NCBI GenBank assembly: GCA_043803685.1
Contig: JAZDJU010000043.1
Location: 1-47,618, forward strand
Origin: Candidatus Omnitrophota bacterium
Lineage (GTDB): Bacteria > Omnitrophota > Omnitrophia > Omnitrophales > Aquincolibacteriaceae
DNA: 47,618 nucleotides
Direction of reading: 5' to 3'
The notes below the pieces were generated by a model. It did no database searches. It was not told the origin of the DNA and saw only the letters and a list, made by a program, of their open reading frames with translations. Shown here piece by piece: positions 36,301-45,306 of this stretch (its first letter is position 1; each line of letters opens with the position of its first letter). A program made the translations under genes and the position numbers.

Positions 36301-37089
36301 TCAAAACGATATTTTGTATTTGGCCTGAGCGGCGGTCGCATCATCGACCGACTTTCCCCAGGCCGCGGCGTCTTGCGAGTCGTGGATCCCCTGACTTGCC
36401 TCCACACCCACCGTGGAATTTTCAGACACCTTGTAATCCACGCCTATTTTCGCGTTCGAAGCGCGCACATCCCCTCGCCCTGTGACATCTTCAAGCCCAA
36501 GCTTATAACCCAGTTTTTTTCGATCTTCTTCTTTCGCTTCACGCCACAAGCCTCTTTTCTGCTCTAAGGCTTCTTTCTCCAATTTCACGAATAGCTCCAG
36601 ATACTTCACATTAGACGAAAGAGTCACGACTTGGGCGTAACCCGCTTTGGCGAGCGTCGCGTTCAAGAAAATATAAATAACGCCTTCCATCTTTGTGATC
36701 TCATACTCCGCCGGCGCCTCATAATTCCCCTGCGGCCCTCCCATCTGAATAAATGCGTAAGCGAGCGTCCTCCCATACTTATCCTTCCGCTCCACATCAT
36801 ATTCAAACCTGATCGGCCTGCCCTCGACCAGTTTCCAGGTGAACTCTGCCGCCTCTTGGCCTTTGGCAAGGATCTCCTTGGTATCCTGGCCTGTGTTCCT
36901 GGCATCGCGCCATAGTTTGAAGTTATTAGAGGATTCCGGGGTATCCACGCCGATAAGCGAAACCTTTTCACCATTGGAAAGCTCGAGGATGTCCCCTTCG
37001 ACAACACGGGAAACGGAAAGAGGTTCTTCAGAAAAAGCAACATGCGGCAGTATGAAGAATATCGCGAAAGCAAGAGAGAAACTTCTCAT
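36301..37089 (-). CDS. Thermonuclease (SNase)-family protein with signal peptide and a beta-strand C-terminal extension
   Basis: VVEGDIL, LIGVDTPE, DKYGRTLAY, NATLAKAGYA, KRGLW; tail ends in KYKISF. Start ATG 37089. Confidence 0.85.
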   Translation of the reverse strand: MRSFSLAFAIFFILPHVAFSEEPLSVSRVVEGDILELSNGEKVSLIGVDTPESSNNFKLWRDARNTGQDTKEILAKGQEAAEFTWKLVEGRPIRFEYDVERKDKYGRTLAYAFIQMGGPQGNYEAPAEYEITKMEGVIYIFLNATLAKAGYAQVVTLSSNVKYLELFVKLEKEALEQKRGLWREAKEEDRKKLGYKLGLEDVTGRGDVRASNAKIGVDYKVSENSTVGVEASQGIHDSQDAAAWGKSVDDATAAQAKYKISF

Positions 37090-37095
37090 GCGAGG

Positions 37096-37125
37096 ATTAT
37101 AGCTTGGGAAGAAGACGCGTTGCAC
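37096..37125 (-). promoter_or_regulatory. Promoter of the nuclease gene (likely leaderless)
   Basis: GTGCAA-18 bp-TATAAT, then 6 nt to ATG 37089. Confidence 0.55.
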
Positions 37126-37192
37126 GAACTTTATGATCGACAAACAATAACGTTTACATTTCGCTTTTTGATCTTGGCTATCAATTCTTTTT

Positions 37193-37555
37193 TTAGCCAA
37201 TATGCTTCTTGACCATGGCGACCAGCTCCTCGGGGTCGAACGGCTTTGAAAAACCACCGACGGCGCCGCACTCCCTGACCCTCGCTTCAAGGGTCTGGGT
37301 GGTCGCCGAGATCAGAATGACCGGAATGTGCTTTATTTTTTCATCTTTTTTGAGTAGCTTGGTGACCTCATCGCCGTCGATCTCCGGAAGATAGATATCC
37401 AGAATGATCAGATCCGGTGTTTTTTGACGGGCCCGATCCAGAGCCTCCCGGCCGTCCGCAGCCCCGGAGACCTCATAACCCGTCTTTTTAAGAAGCATCA
37501 CTGTCAGTTCGAGCAGCTCGGGTTCGTCATCAGCCACCAGGATCTTCTTTTTCAT
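37193..37555 (-). CDS. Single-domain response regulator (REC)
   Basis: ILVADDE, DLIILDIYLPEIDG, SKPF. Confidence 0.93.
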   Translation of the reverse strand: MKKKILVADDEPELLELTVMLLKKTGYEVSGAADGREALDRARQKTPDLIILDIYLPEIDGDEVTKLLKKDEKIKHIPVILISATTQTLEARVRECGAVGGFSKPFDPEELVAMVKKHIG

Positions 37556-40242
37556 GCCGGCCGCCTGTGTTCCTGGACAGGCAGGGTAAAGTGAAAAACG
37601 CTCCCCTTCCCGATCTCTGACTCGGCCCAGATCCTTCCTCCATGGGCAAGCACGATCTCTTTGGAAATCGCTAACCCTAGCCCCGTTCCGCCCTTGGCTC
37701 TGCTTCTTCCATGGTCGAGCTGCTCAAAAGGCTGAAAAAGCCTCGGGATATCCTCGGCCCTGATCCCCGGCCCGGTATCCCGGATCTCTACGTGGATCTC
37801 GTTATTTTCCTGTTGAACACTGATCGTGACGCTTCCTTGGGAGATGAATTTTATAGAATTGCTCACCAAGTTCGTAAGCACCTGGATGATGCCATCCTTG
37901 TCAAATTTAATCACCGGCAGAAGTTCCCCGAGCTTCACCCGGAGATCCAGGCCCTTGGGTTCCGATAGGAACCGCAAGCTTTGACAGGCCTCTTCGACCG
38001 TTGCCTTGATATCATGATCACACATGTCGTACTCCCTTTTCCCGGACTCGATCTTCTGGAAGTCCAGGACATTATTGATCAAGCGCCCCAATCGCTCGAC
38101 GCCCTTGAGCCCCGTCTCCAGAACCTTTTTCTGCTCCTGATTGACCGGCCCTGACAAACCATCATGAATGAGGGAGATACTCGCATGGATAATGGACAGT
38201 GGGCTCCGGAGTTCATGGGAAACCATCGAAGCAAACTTGGATTTGATCTCCGCATGCGTCTTGAGAAGATCGACCCGCCGGCTCTCCGCCTCGGCCACCT
38301 TCCGCTCGGAGAGGTCTCTGCCCGTTCCAGAAAAACCAATGATATGGCCCTTGCCGTCCTTCAGGATAGAACCGGTAAACTCGAAGGGAATTTGCTTTCC
38401 ATTTTTTATAACAAAATTAGCCTCGACCTTCGCAGAGCCTTCTTTAAATATTCTCTCCACAGCCTCGACAACACGTTGAATATCCTCGCCTAAAAAGAAA
38501 TCCTTCAGCTTCTTCGAAGACAACTCTTGATCGCTATAGCCGCAAATTCTTCCGAAAGTTTCATTCCAGATCAAGAATTTACCGCGCAGATCAAATGCGT
38601 AGAAGATATCCGTAATGGAATTTAATGTGCTTTCGATAAGCGCCCTTGATTCCTTTAAGGAATCCTCCGTCCGCTTGCGCTCGGTAATATCCCGCCACAA
38701 ACAATGGAGAATGGTCTTGCCCTTGATCGATATAGGCGTCAGAGAAACCTCGACGGGAAAATCCTCTCCGTTCGCTTTCCGGTGGATCCACTCGAACCGG
38801 TGGAACCCACGCTCCAAAGCAAGCTTCATCATTTCGTTGGCCTTCTCGAGGGACTTCCTTCCGTCAGGCTGGATCAAAGGCGAGAGCTCGGAGGGATGCT
38901 TCATCAGAAATTCCTTACGGGTAGCATACCCGAGCATGCGGGCAGTGGCCTCGTTGCAGTCCACAAAAGTCTCGCCATCGATCAGCAAAATGGCATCGCG
39001 GGCGGCATAGAGAACATCCATACAACGCTGCTCGCTCTCCAGCAACGCCTTCGCCGCCCTCTTGCGCTCCGAGATGTCGCGGCACAGGGATATCACCTGC
39101 AGAGACTCGCCTGTCCCAACGACGGTCGCATTGATCTCCACGGGGATAATCCTGCCTTCCCCGTCCACATAGTCGATCGTGAGATCCCTTATAAACCCGT
39201 CGCGAAGACATTGGACGATGGCCGCCGCATTCTTCTCCTTATCAAGCTCCGAAGTCCATTCGACAACGGATCTCCCGAGAATATCGCCAAGATCCCGGCA
39301 GCCGGTAAGACGCACGTACTCCGGATTGGCATCCAAAACCTTTCCCTCCGCGTTCAGGATCAGGTACCCCGTCTTGGTCGTCTCGACGAGCGCCCGGTAT
39401 TTGGCTTCACTGGCCCTCAGGATCTTCTCTGCCTCTTTACGCCCAGTGATGTCCCAGAAAAATCCGAGGACCCCGGTCACGTTTCCGGCATCGTCCCGGA
39501 TAGGGACTCTGACCGTATTTATAAAACTCGTTTGAGCGTTCCCAAGATAATCGCCGACGGTCGAGTACTCTTCTTCCTCATTCTTGACCTCGCCCGATTC
39601 CATGACATGCTTATCCTCCGCCCTGAATTTTTCAGCCAGATGTGTGGGGAAAAAAACGTAATCCACCTTTCCCTCGATCTCTTCCGGCCTGATCCCAAGA
39701 TCCTGGGCGTAGCTTGCGTTGCAGCAGATATAAACCGAATTCCTGTCTTTAAGGAATACTTTTCCGGGAAGGCTTTCGATAAGCGTCCTGAATTGGATCT
39801 CTTTTAAGCGCGCTAATTCCTCCTCCGCCCGCTTGAGCTTGCGGTGTTCCTGCGCTTCTTTCAGCGCGCGCTTGATGGCCGGGACAAGCCTCGAGAGCCT
39901 GTCTTTCATGACGTAGTCCACGGCGCCACTTTTCATCATCTCGACGGCGACGTCCTCACCCATGATCCCCGAGACAACGATCAATGGGGTTTCCGGAGAG
40001 AGATCTCTCACGGTCTTCAGAGCCACGGGAGCACCAAACCCCGGCATCTTATAGTCACAGAGGATGAGGTCGGGGGCATATTCGCCAAGAGCCTGGATAA
40101 ATTCCTCCCGGGACTTCACCCATTTCGCTGCGGGGGCGAAGTCTCCTTTGCCGAGCTCTCTTGTGACAAGCTCCGCATCGATCTCCGAATCTTCCGCGAT
40201 CAGAATACGTATCTTTTGATCCACAGGATCCGTCCTCGGCAT
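37552..40242 (-). CDS. Cytoplasmic REC-PAS(x4)-histidine kinase
   Basis: N-terminal REC (DLILCDYKMP), four PAS/PAC units ending in DITGRK/DISERK/DITERK/DLSERK, VSHELRSPL, NSIKF, DTGPG, GTGLGL. Confidence 0.93.
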   Translation of the reverse strand: MPRTDPVDQKIRILIAEDSEIDAELVTRELGKGDFAPAAKWVKSREEFIQALGEYAPDLILCDYKMPGFGAPVALKTVRDLSPETPLIVVSGIMGEDVAVEMMKSGAVDYVMKDRLSRLVPAIKRALKEAQEHRKLKRAEEELARLKEIQFRTLIESLPGKVFLKDRNSVYICCNASYAQDLGIRPEEIEGKVDYVFFPTHLAEKFRAEDKHVMESGEVKNEEEEYSTVGDYLGNAQTSFINTVRVPIRDDAGNVTGVLGFFWDITGRKEAEKILRASEAKYRALVETTKTGYLILNAEGKVLDANPEYVRLTGCRDLGDILGRSVVEWTSELDKEKNAAAIVQCLRDGFIRDLTIDYVDGEGRIIPVEINATVVGTGESLQVISLCRDISERKRAAKALLESEQRCMDVLYAARDAILLIDGETFVDCNEATARMLGYATRKEFLMKHPSELSPLIQPDGRKSLEKANEMMKLALERGFHRFEWIHRKANGEDFPVEVSLTPISIKGKTILHCLWRDITERKRTEDSLKESRALIESTLNSITDIFYAFDLRGKFLIWNETFGRICGYSDQELSSKKLKDFFLGEDIQRVVEAVERIFKEGSAKVEANFVIKNGKQIPFEFTGSILKDGKGHIIGFSGTGRDLSERKVAEAESRRVDLLKTHAEIKSKFASMVSHELRSPLSIIHASISLIHDGLSGPVNQEQKKVLETGLKGVERLGRLINNVLDFQKIESGKREYDMCDHDIKATVEEACQSLRFLSEPKGLDLRVKLGELLPVIKFDKDGIIQVLTNLVSNSIKFISQGSVTISVQQENNEIHVEIRDTGPGIRAEDIPRLFQPFEQLDHGRSRAKGGTGLGLAISKEIVLAHGGRIWAESEIGKGSVFHFTLPVQEHRRPA

Positions 40243-40253
40243 TTCTTGATTTT

Positions 40254-40670
40254 TTAAAGTTCGCCCACGGACCCTTTAGGATCGTGACGTTCTATCTGAG
40301 GAAGATATTTTTCCAGGATCGTTCGAAGCGTTCGCGAGGAAAGGGGCTTCTCAAAATATTCATCCACCCCGAGTTGCTTGCAAAAATGAGCGTCCAGATC
40401 CGAATAGCCGGTCAGGATGAACACTTTCTCCTTTCGGTGATTTTCTTTGATAAAACGGAGGATCTCGATCCCTGTCGGCCCCGGCATACTCATGTCCAGA
40501 AAAAGAAGATCGTAATTTTTCTCTTTGAGCGATCGCATGGCTTCGTCTCCGTCCAGAACATAATCCACCAACACCGCATTTCCTTTCAGGAACGGACGGA
40601 TCGCCCTTTGAAAAAGCTCGGCATCCGCTCTTGAATCTTCAGCGACCAGAATGCGATTTTTTCCTTCCAT
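40254..40670 (-). CDS. Single-domain response regulator (REC)
   Basis: ILVAEDS, DLLFLDMSMPGPTG, EKPL; SD AAGGAGG before ATG 40670. Confidence 0.9.
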   Translation of the reverse strand: MEGKNRILVAEDSRADAELFQRAIRPFLKGNAVLVDYVLDGDEAMRSLKEKNYDLLFLDMSMPGPTGIEILRFIKENHRKEKVFILTGYSDLDAHFCKQLGVDEYFEKPLSSRTLRTILEKYLPQIERHDPKGSVGEL

Positions 40671-40686
40671 GTAACCGGCCTCCTTT

Positions 40687-41133
40687 CTAATGAACCGGCG
40701 CTTTATTGATGGCGACCCAGTACCAGCCAAGTTCCGAGACCATCTGGCTGAATTTTTCGAAATCGACCGGTTTTACGATATAGCTGTTCACTCCGAGGTC
40801 ATAACTGGCGATCACGTCGCTTTCTTCATGGGAAGACGTCAGGACCACGACGGGCAAGTCCTTGGTCCTCGGATCCGCCCGGACGGCCTTCAGCACCTCT
40901 TTTCCGTCCACCAGGGGAAGCTTCAGATCGAGGATCACGACCTTGGGCGGGACCGTAAAACTCCTGCCGGAATAGATCCCTCTGCAAAATATAAAGTCGA
41001 GCGCCTTCTCTCCGTCCGTGACCACATGGACCTTATTGTTGAGATTTTTCCTTTTGAACGCCCGGAGCGTAAGCTCGACATCGTTCGGATTATCCTCTAC
41101 CAGCAGGATCTCGATCTGTTCACCGTTTTCCAT
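40687..41133 (-). CDS. Rcp1-like single-domain response regulator
   Basis: ILLVEDNPND, ILDLKLPLVDG, LTSS.EESD...SYDLGVNSYIVKPV. Confidence 0.93.
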   Translation of the reverse strand: MENGEQIEILLVEDNPNDVELTLRAFKRKNLNNKVHVVTDGEKALDFIFCRGIYSGRSFTVPPKVVILDLKLPLVDGKEVLKAVRADPRTKDLPVVVLTSSHEESDVIASYDLGVNSYIVKPVDFEKFSQMVSELGWYWVAINKAPVH

Positions 41134-41134
41134 A

Positions 41135-44044
41135 CTATCCCCCCTTCAGTAATGTGAAATAGAACGTTGCCCCCTGACCGACCTCACCTTCCGCCCACAC
41201 CCTGCCTCCGTGGCGCTGGACGGCGCTCTTGACGATCGCGAGCCCTATGCCTGAGCCTTCGAATATGTCCCTTGAATGCAGCCTCTGAAAAACACCAAAA
41301 AGCTTATTCCCGTACTTCATGTCAAATCCCGCGCCGTTATCCCTGACGTAATAAACACACTCGCCGTCCTTCTCGTAACTCCCGATCTCGATCACCGATT
41401 TGTCTTTACGCGAGGTGAATTTCATCGCGTTCGAAATGAGGTTCTGGAATATCTGCTTCGCAAGCACAAGGTCGGCCCGGGCGGGCGGCATCGGTTTGAT
41501 AGATACTTCGATATCCCTGTCGCGATAAAGCTCCTCTTTGACCTCACGAAATACGGACTGCGCAAACTTCTCCATATCGACATCAACAACGTCCACAACT
41601 CTTTTCCCAAAATGAGCTAACCTGAGAAGATCTTCAATGAGCCGCCCCATTTTTTCAACGTTCTCAGTAATAACACCGATCACCCTCCGGCCATTCTCGT
41701 CAAGTTTGGGGGCATAGTCTTCCGCGAGAATGTTCGCGAACCCTCCCATGGCCCTGAGCGGGGCCTTCAGATCATGAGAGACCGAATAGCTAAAGGCTTC
41801 CTGATCCTTCAGAGCTTGAGCGAGTTCCTCCGTGCGCCGCTTGACGCGCTCTTCGAGCTCGGCATTCAGCTTCTTGATCTCCTCCTCCGCCTTCTTGAAC
41901 TCGGTGACATCGCGGCCAAAACTGATCACCTGAACGACCTCGCCGGAATCACTGAAAGACAGATTGATATTCCACAGAATGTCGAAGACTTGGCCGTTCT
42001 TGTGGACCTGGCGGTTCTCGAAAGTGACTCGCTTTTCCTTATGCCGCACCCAACCTTCAAAAGCCGTCTTTGTTCTTTCACGGTCATCCGGATGAATAAA
42101 GTCGAACGCCAGACGGCCCAGGCAATCCTCGGATTTTATGCCAAAAAATTTCTCCGCGCTGTGGTTCACAAAAATAAAACGGCCTTGCGTGTCCGTAAGG
42201 GTAACCATGTCGTCCGTCCCCTCCACCAACTCGCCATAGCGTGCTTCGGCGCGCCGCCGCGCCTCATTTGTCTTCGCAATCTCGGTCATGTCGAAGATGA
42301 TCGCCACAAAGTTCTTCTCCTCATGCGTCTCCACAAGTTGAAGATGGACCTCGACCGGATAAAGGGTCCCGTCCTTGCGCTTATGCGCCGTTTCAAAGAT
42401 CAGCACATCCTTTTCATGGTCGATCAGCTCCCGGATCTTCCGGCGAAAGGCTGTCTCGGTGAATTCTGGTTTTAGATCGAGGGGGGTCAGGGAGAGCATC
42501 TCCTCCATGGAATATCCGAGATTTTTGAGCGCCCCCGAATTCACAAAATTGAATTTGAGCGTGTTCAGATCGAACATGTAGATCTCGTTAAGGCTCCAAT
42601 CCATGATCTTCCAAAGGCGATACCGTTCGTCCTCGCGTTTCTTACGCTCGGTGATGTCGATGAAGATACAATGCGTCCTTTGAAAAAAACCATCCCGGTC
42701 AAACCCGACTTTCCCATCAAAAGAAGCCCGCAAGATACCGCCATCCTTACGCACCATATCGAACTCAACTTCGTGAACCTCCTTAGCGGCATGAAAACAA
42801 AGAAAGCGCTCACTGAACAGTTCAGCATATTCAGGCGTCAAAAAATCCCCAAACCAGCGCCCGATCACTTCCTCGCGGGAATACCCCATCGTTTCAAGCC
42901 ACGTCGCATTGACCTCGATAAAATGCCCTTCCTTATCCAGGGATTGGTACGGAAGCGGCGCGCGTTCATAGAGCAACCGGAAACGCTCCTCGCTCGCCTG
43001 AAGCAAAGCGATCGATTTTTTTCTTTCTTCCAGATGCTTGTTTTTTTGGAATATAACTGCCACCCCCACAGCGAACAAGATCAGCATGGTTGTGATCAAA
43101 GCAACAACGCCGGCCCGATAGCGGACTTCCTCCAGGATCTCGTCCGCATCCACCTTACTGACCAGAGACCAGGACGTCCCCGGAACCGGGCGTATATCGG
43201 ACAACACCTCCACCCTGCGATAATCCTTTCCCAAGAACGATCCTGTTTTCCCAAGCACCGCCGCACTGGCCGGCAGATCTTTCCGGGAAATGGGGAGACG
43301 CAGGTTCAGTGCCGTTCCTTTCTGGTGCCTCAGATCATTCAAAAATAAAACCTGATCCCCCTCGCGACGGACAAGCAGCGTTTCCGCGCTAAGGCTGGGG
43401 GTCGGCCAAGTCTGGATCAGCGGGAAAAGGAATTCGCGAGCATCGGTGGTGAGCACCAGCACTGCCAAAGCATGGCCTTTGCCATCCCGTACCGCCGTAA
43501 CAATATCCATGTGGATCGTCCCGTCCGAAGTCCGATGGAAGTCACTGAAGACCGGATGGCTTCCCCTGAAAGCTTTCTCGATCACACCCCCGATCTCGCT
43601 TCTCGATAATTCGATCGGTTCAGACGATGCGGAGACTAAGACCTCACCTTTCTCGTTCATAAAAAAAGCGCGACAATAAACTCCGCTATCAAGTTCGAGC
43701 TTCAAGCGAGTCATCAGCTCATTTTTATAACCATTGTTATTGGGATCGCCCATCCATTGGCCGAGGACGTGTTGGATGAGCGGGGAAGCTACGATCCTCT
43801 TGGAGTCGTCACTCCGCTCCTTGCGCCACCGCAGGATCTGGTCAACCTTCATTTTCCCGATAGTAGCAAGTTCAGTAGATTTTTCTTTTTGGATCCGGCG
43901 TGCTTCCGACCCATAGTAAACGAATCCCCCAAGAACGATGGCCGCCGTGATGAAGGAAAACCACAATATCATCATGAGTGTCATTCTCCCGGAAATCGCC
44001 GACTCATGCCCATGGATCTTTTTTTCCGGCTGATCCAACGTCAT
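41135..44044 (-). CDS. Membrane sensor histidine kinase: TM-Cache-like-TM-PAS(x3)-HisKA-HATPase (Cph1-like kinase core)
   Basis: Two TMs, three PAS units, FSYSVSHDLKAPLR, NAMKF, DNGAGF, GSGIGL; start ATG 44044. Confidence 0.93.
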   Translation of the reverse strand: MTLDQPEKKIHGHESAISGRMTLMMILWFSFITAAIVLGGFVYYGSEARRIQKEKSTELATIGKMKVDQILRWRKERSDDSKRIVASPLIQHVLGQWMGDPNNNGYKNELMTRLKLELDSGVYCRAFFMNEKGEVLVSASSEPIELSRSEIGGVIEKAFRGSHPVFSDFHRTSDGTIHMDIVTAVRDGKGHALAVLVLTTDAREFLFPLIQTWPTPSLSAETLLVRREGDQVLFLNDLRHQKGTALNLRLPISRKDLPASAAVLGKTGSFLGKDYRRVEVLSDIRPVPGTSWSLVSKVDADEILEEVRYRAGVVALITTMLILFAVGVAVIFQKNKHLEERKKSIALLQASEERFRLLYERAPLPYQSLDKEGHFIEVNATWLETMGYSREEVIGRWFGDFLTPEYAELFSERFLCFHAAKEVHEVEFDMVRKDGGILRASFDGKVGFDRDGFFQRTHCIFIDITERKKREDERYRLWKIMDWSLNEIYMFDLNTLKFNFVNSGALKNLGYSMEEMLSLTPLDLKPEFTETAFRRKIRELIDHEKDVLIFETAHKRKDGTLYPVEVHLQLVETHEEKNFVAIIFDMTEIAKTNEARRRAEARYGELVEGTDDMVTLTDTQGRFIFVNHSAEKFFGIKSEDCLGRLAFDFIHPDDRERTKTAFEGWVRHKEKRVTFENRQVHKNGQVFDILWNINLSFSDSGEVVQVISFGRDVTEFKKAEEEIKKLNAELEERVKRRTEELAQALKDQEAFSYSVSHDLKAPLRAMGGFANILAEDYAPKLDENGRRVIGVITENVEKMGRLIEDLLRLAHFGKRVVDVVDVDMEKFAQSVFREVKEELYRDRDIEVSIKPMPPARADLVLAKQIFQNLISNAMKFTSRKDKSVIEIGSYEKDGECVYYVRDNGAGFDMKYGNKLFGVFQRLHSRDIFEGSGIGLAIVKSAVQRHGGRVWAEGEVGQGATFYFTLLKGG

Positions 44045-44151
44045 ATTCCCCCCCAAAAAATAAAAAAACCCGGGATCTGCATTGCTGCAGCACCCCGGGC
44101 TTGAACATAACCAACATGAAAACATTTACTCCGGAACCGACACTTCACCAT
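44041..44151 (-). CDS. Putative leader peptide/uORF, 36 aa (MVKCRFRSKCFHVGYVQARGAAAMQIPGFFIFWGGI)
   Basis: SD GAGGAG upstream; reads through the terminator hairpin; its TGA overlaps the kinase ATG (ATGA). Confidence 0.4.
   Translation of the reverse strand: MVKCRFRSKCFHVGYVQARGAAAMQIPGFFIFWGGI
44055..44099 (-). terminator. Intrinsic terminator/attenuator immediately upstream of the kinase start
   Basis: CCCGGGGT-g-CTGCA-GCAA-TGCAG-ATCCCGGG followed by T7-A-T6, ending about 10 nt before the ATG. Confidence 0.75.
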
Positions 44152-44320
44152 CTCACCCCTCCTCAGAGGACATCCTTCGTGAGCTGTCACCGATCATTGA
44201 CTATAGAATTCTAGCCTTTTCGCCTCCTGAATGCACGTTTTAAAACTTCCCGACCCAAAGAATGCGTTTGCCCAAGCCTCCCGCCGTTCTTCCACGCATG
44301 CCATTCACCGTGCGCAAACA

Positions 44321-44359
44321 ACAAAAGGGGTTACGGCGATCTGCCGTAACCCCTTTTGT
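44321..44359 (-). terminator. Intrinsic terminator of the SWIB gene (bidirectional-looking)
   Basis: ACAAAAGGGGTTACGGC-gatct-GCCGTAACCCCTTTTGT, a perfect 17-bp inverted repeat. Confidence 0.9.
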
Positions 44360-44418
44360 GACCCGTGATCCCTACCCGCCGTTTTTTCCGGCGAATAGCG
44401 CTATAAAGCGAAGCGACC

Positions 44419-44679
44419 TTAAGAAAGGTGCTTGCTGACGAGCTTGGTCATCTCGAACATGTTGACGACCTTCTTGCCGCCAAATACGACCTTCAGCTCG
44501 GCATCCGCGTTGATGTTGCGCTTGTTCTTCTGGTCCTGGAGCTTGTTCTTCTTGATGTAAACCCAGAGTTTCTTGACGACTTCACTGCGGGGCATCGGCC
44601 CTTTGCCGACCACTGCCGCGAGCGCTTCGCTGATCTTCATCGGTTTCATGAACGCTGAATTAGCTTTGGCCTTCGCCAT
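44419..44679 (-). CDS. Stand-alone SWIB/MDM2-domain protein
   Basis: AFMKP...LAAVVG..PMPRSEVVKKLWVYIKKNKLQD..NKRNINAD...MFEMTKLVSKHL; SD AAGGAG. Confidence 0.95.
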   Translation of the reverse strand: MAKAKANSAFMKPMKISEALAAVVGKGPMPRSEVVKKLWVYIKKNKLQDQKNKRNINADAELKVVFGGKKVVNMFEMTKLVSKHLS

Positions 44680-44886
44680 GGGTGTTTCTCCTTTTTGTTT
44701 AAACCGAGTTTCCGCGTCCGGACTTCCGAACCCGCTACCACGGCTTTTATGAAGGTAGCATCATACAACACAGATGCGAAAACGACCAAAAAGATTTTTA
44801 TTTTTTTTGGCCTGCGGGCGCCCCCCTCCCCGCGGTCTCCGAGGGGGATTCCACGCTCCGCGCTCCATGCCGCTCCATAATATCCC

Positions 44887-44916
44887 TTGCATGGTATATT
44901 CCATTTGAGGTATATT
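44887..44916 (+). promoter_or_regulatory. Promoter of the arsR-like gene with an overlapping imperfect palindrome (putative operator)
   Basis: TTGCAT-18 bp-TATATT, 5 nt before ATG 44922; ATATTCC-atttga-GGTATAT in the spacer/-10. Confidence 0.6.
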
Positions 44917-44921
44917 GATAC

Positions 44922-45239
44922 ATGAAAAAACCCTGGATCGACCCGAAGACCCTTCACCGCGCCGCGAACACCTTGCGCGTCATCGCCCATCCGGACCGCC
45001 TGAGGATCATCGAAAAGCTCAAGGTCCGGAAATGCTCCGTGGGGGAGCTCGTCGTGGCCCTCGGCCTCCCGCAAGCGGTGGTCTCGAAGCACCTAGCCCT
45101 TTTGAAGAACGCGGGATTGCTCAGTAGCGAAGCCGACGCCAATTTCCGTCATTACTCTTTAACCAACACTCACGTCCTGGATGTCCTGAACTGTATTAAA
45201 AAAAGCTGTCCCAATACTTATCAATTTCAACACAGATGA
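44922..45239 (+). CDS. ArsR/SmtB-family repressor (probable persulfide/redox sensor)
   Basis: IAHPDRLRII, SVGEL, QAVVSKHLALLK.AGL; Cys38, Cys91 and Cys96. Confidence 0.92.
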   Translation: MKKPWIDPKTLHRAANTLRVIAHPDRLRIIEKLKVRKCSVGELVVALGLPQAVVSKHLALLKNAGLLSSEADANFRHYSLTNTHVLDVLNCIKKSCPNTYQFQHR

Positions 45240-45306
45240 AATTGGGGCTCTCTCCAAGCTACCTTACGAGAGAAAAAAGCTTCGACTGTCCAAAGGAGGT
45301 TTGACC

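Noticed and set aside
38704..39807. 367-aa plus-strand ORF (also 28161-29081, 33838-34665, 9491-10366)
   Set aside because: Opposite well-supported genes; typical codon-bias shadow ORFs.
44245..44280. GGGCAAAC on the minus strand resembling a c-di-GMP-I riboswitch start
   Set aside because: Lacks the GAAA-capped stem and the GACGCAAAGC segment.
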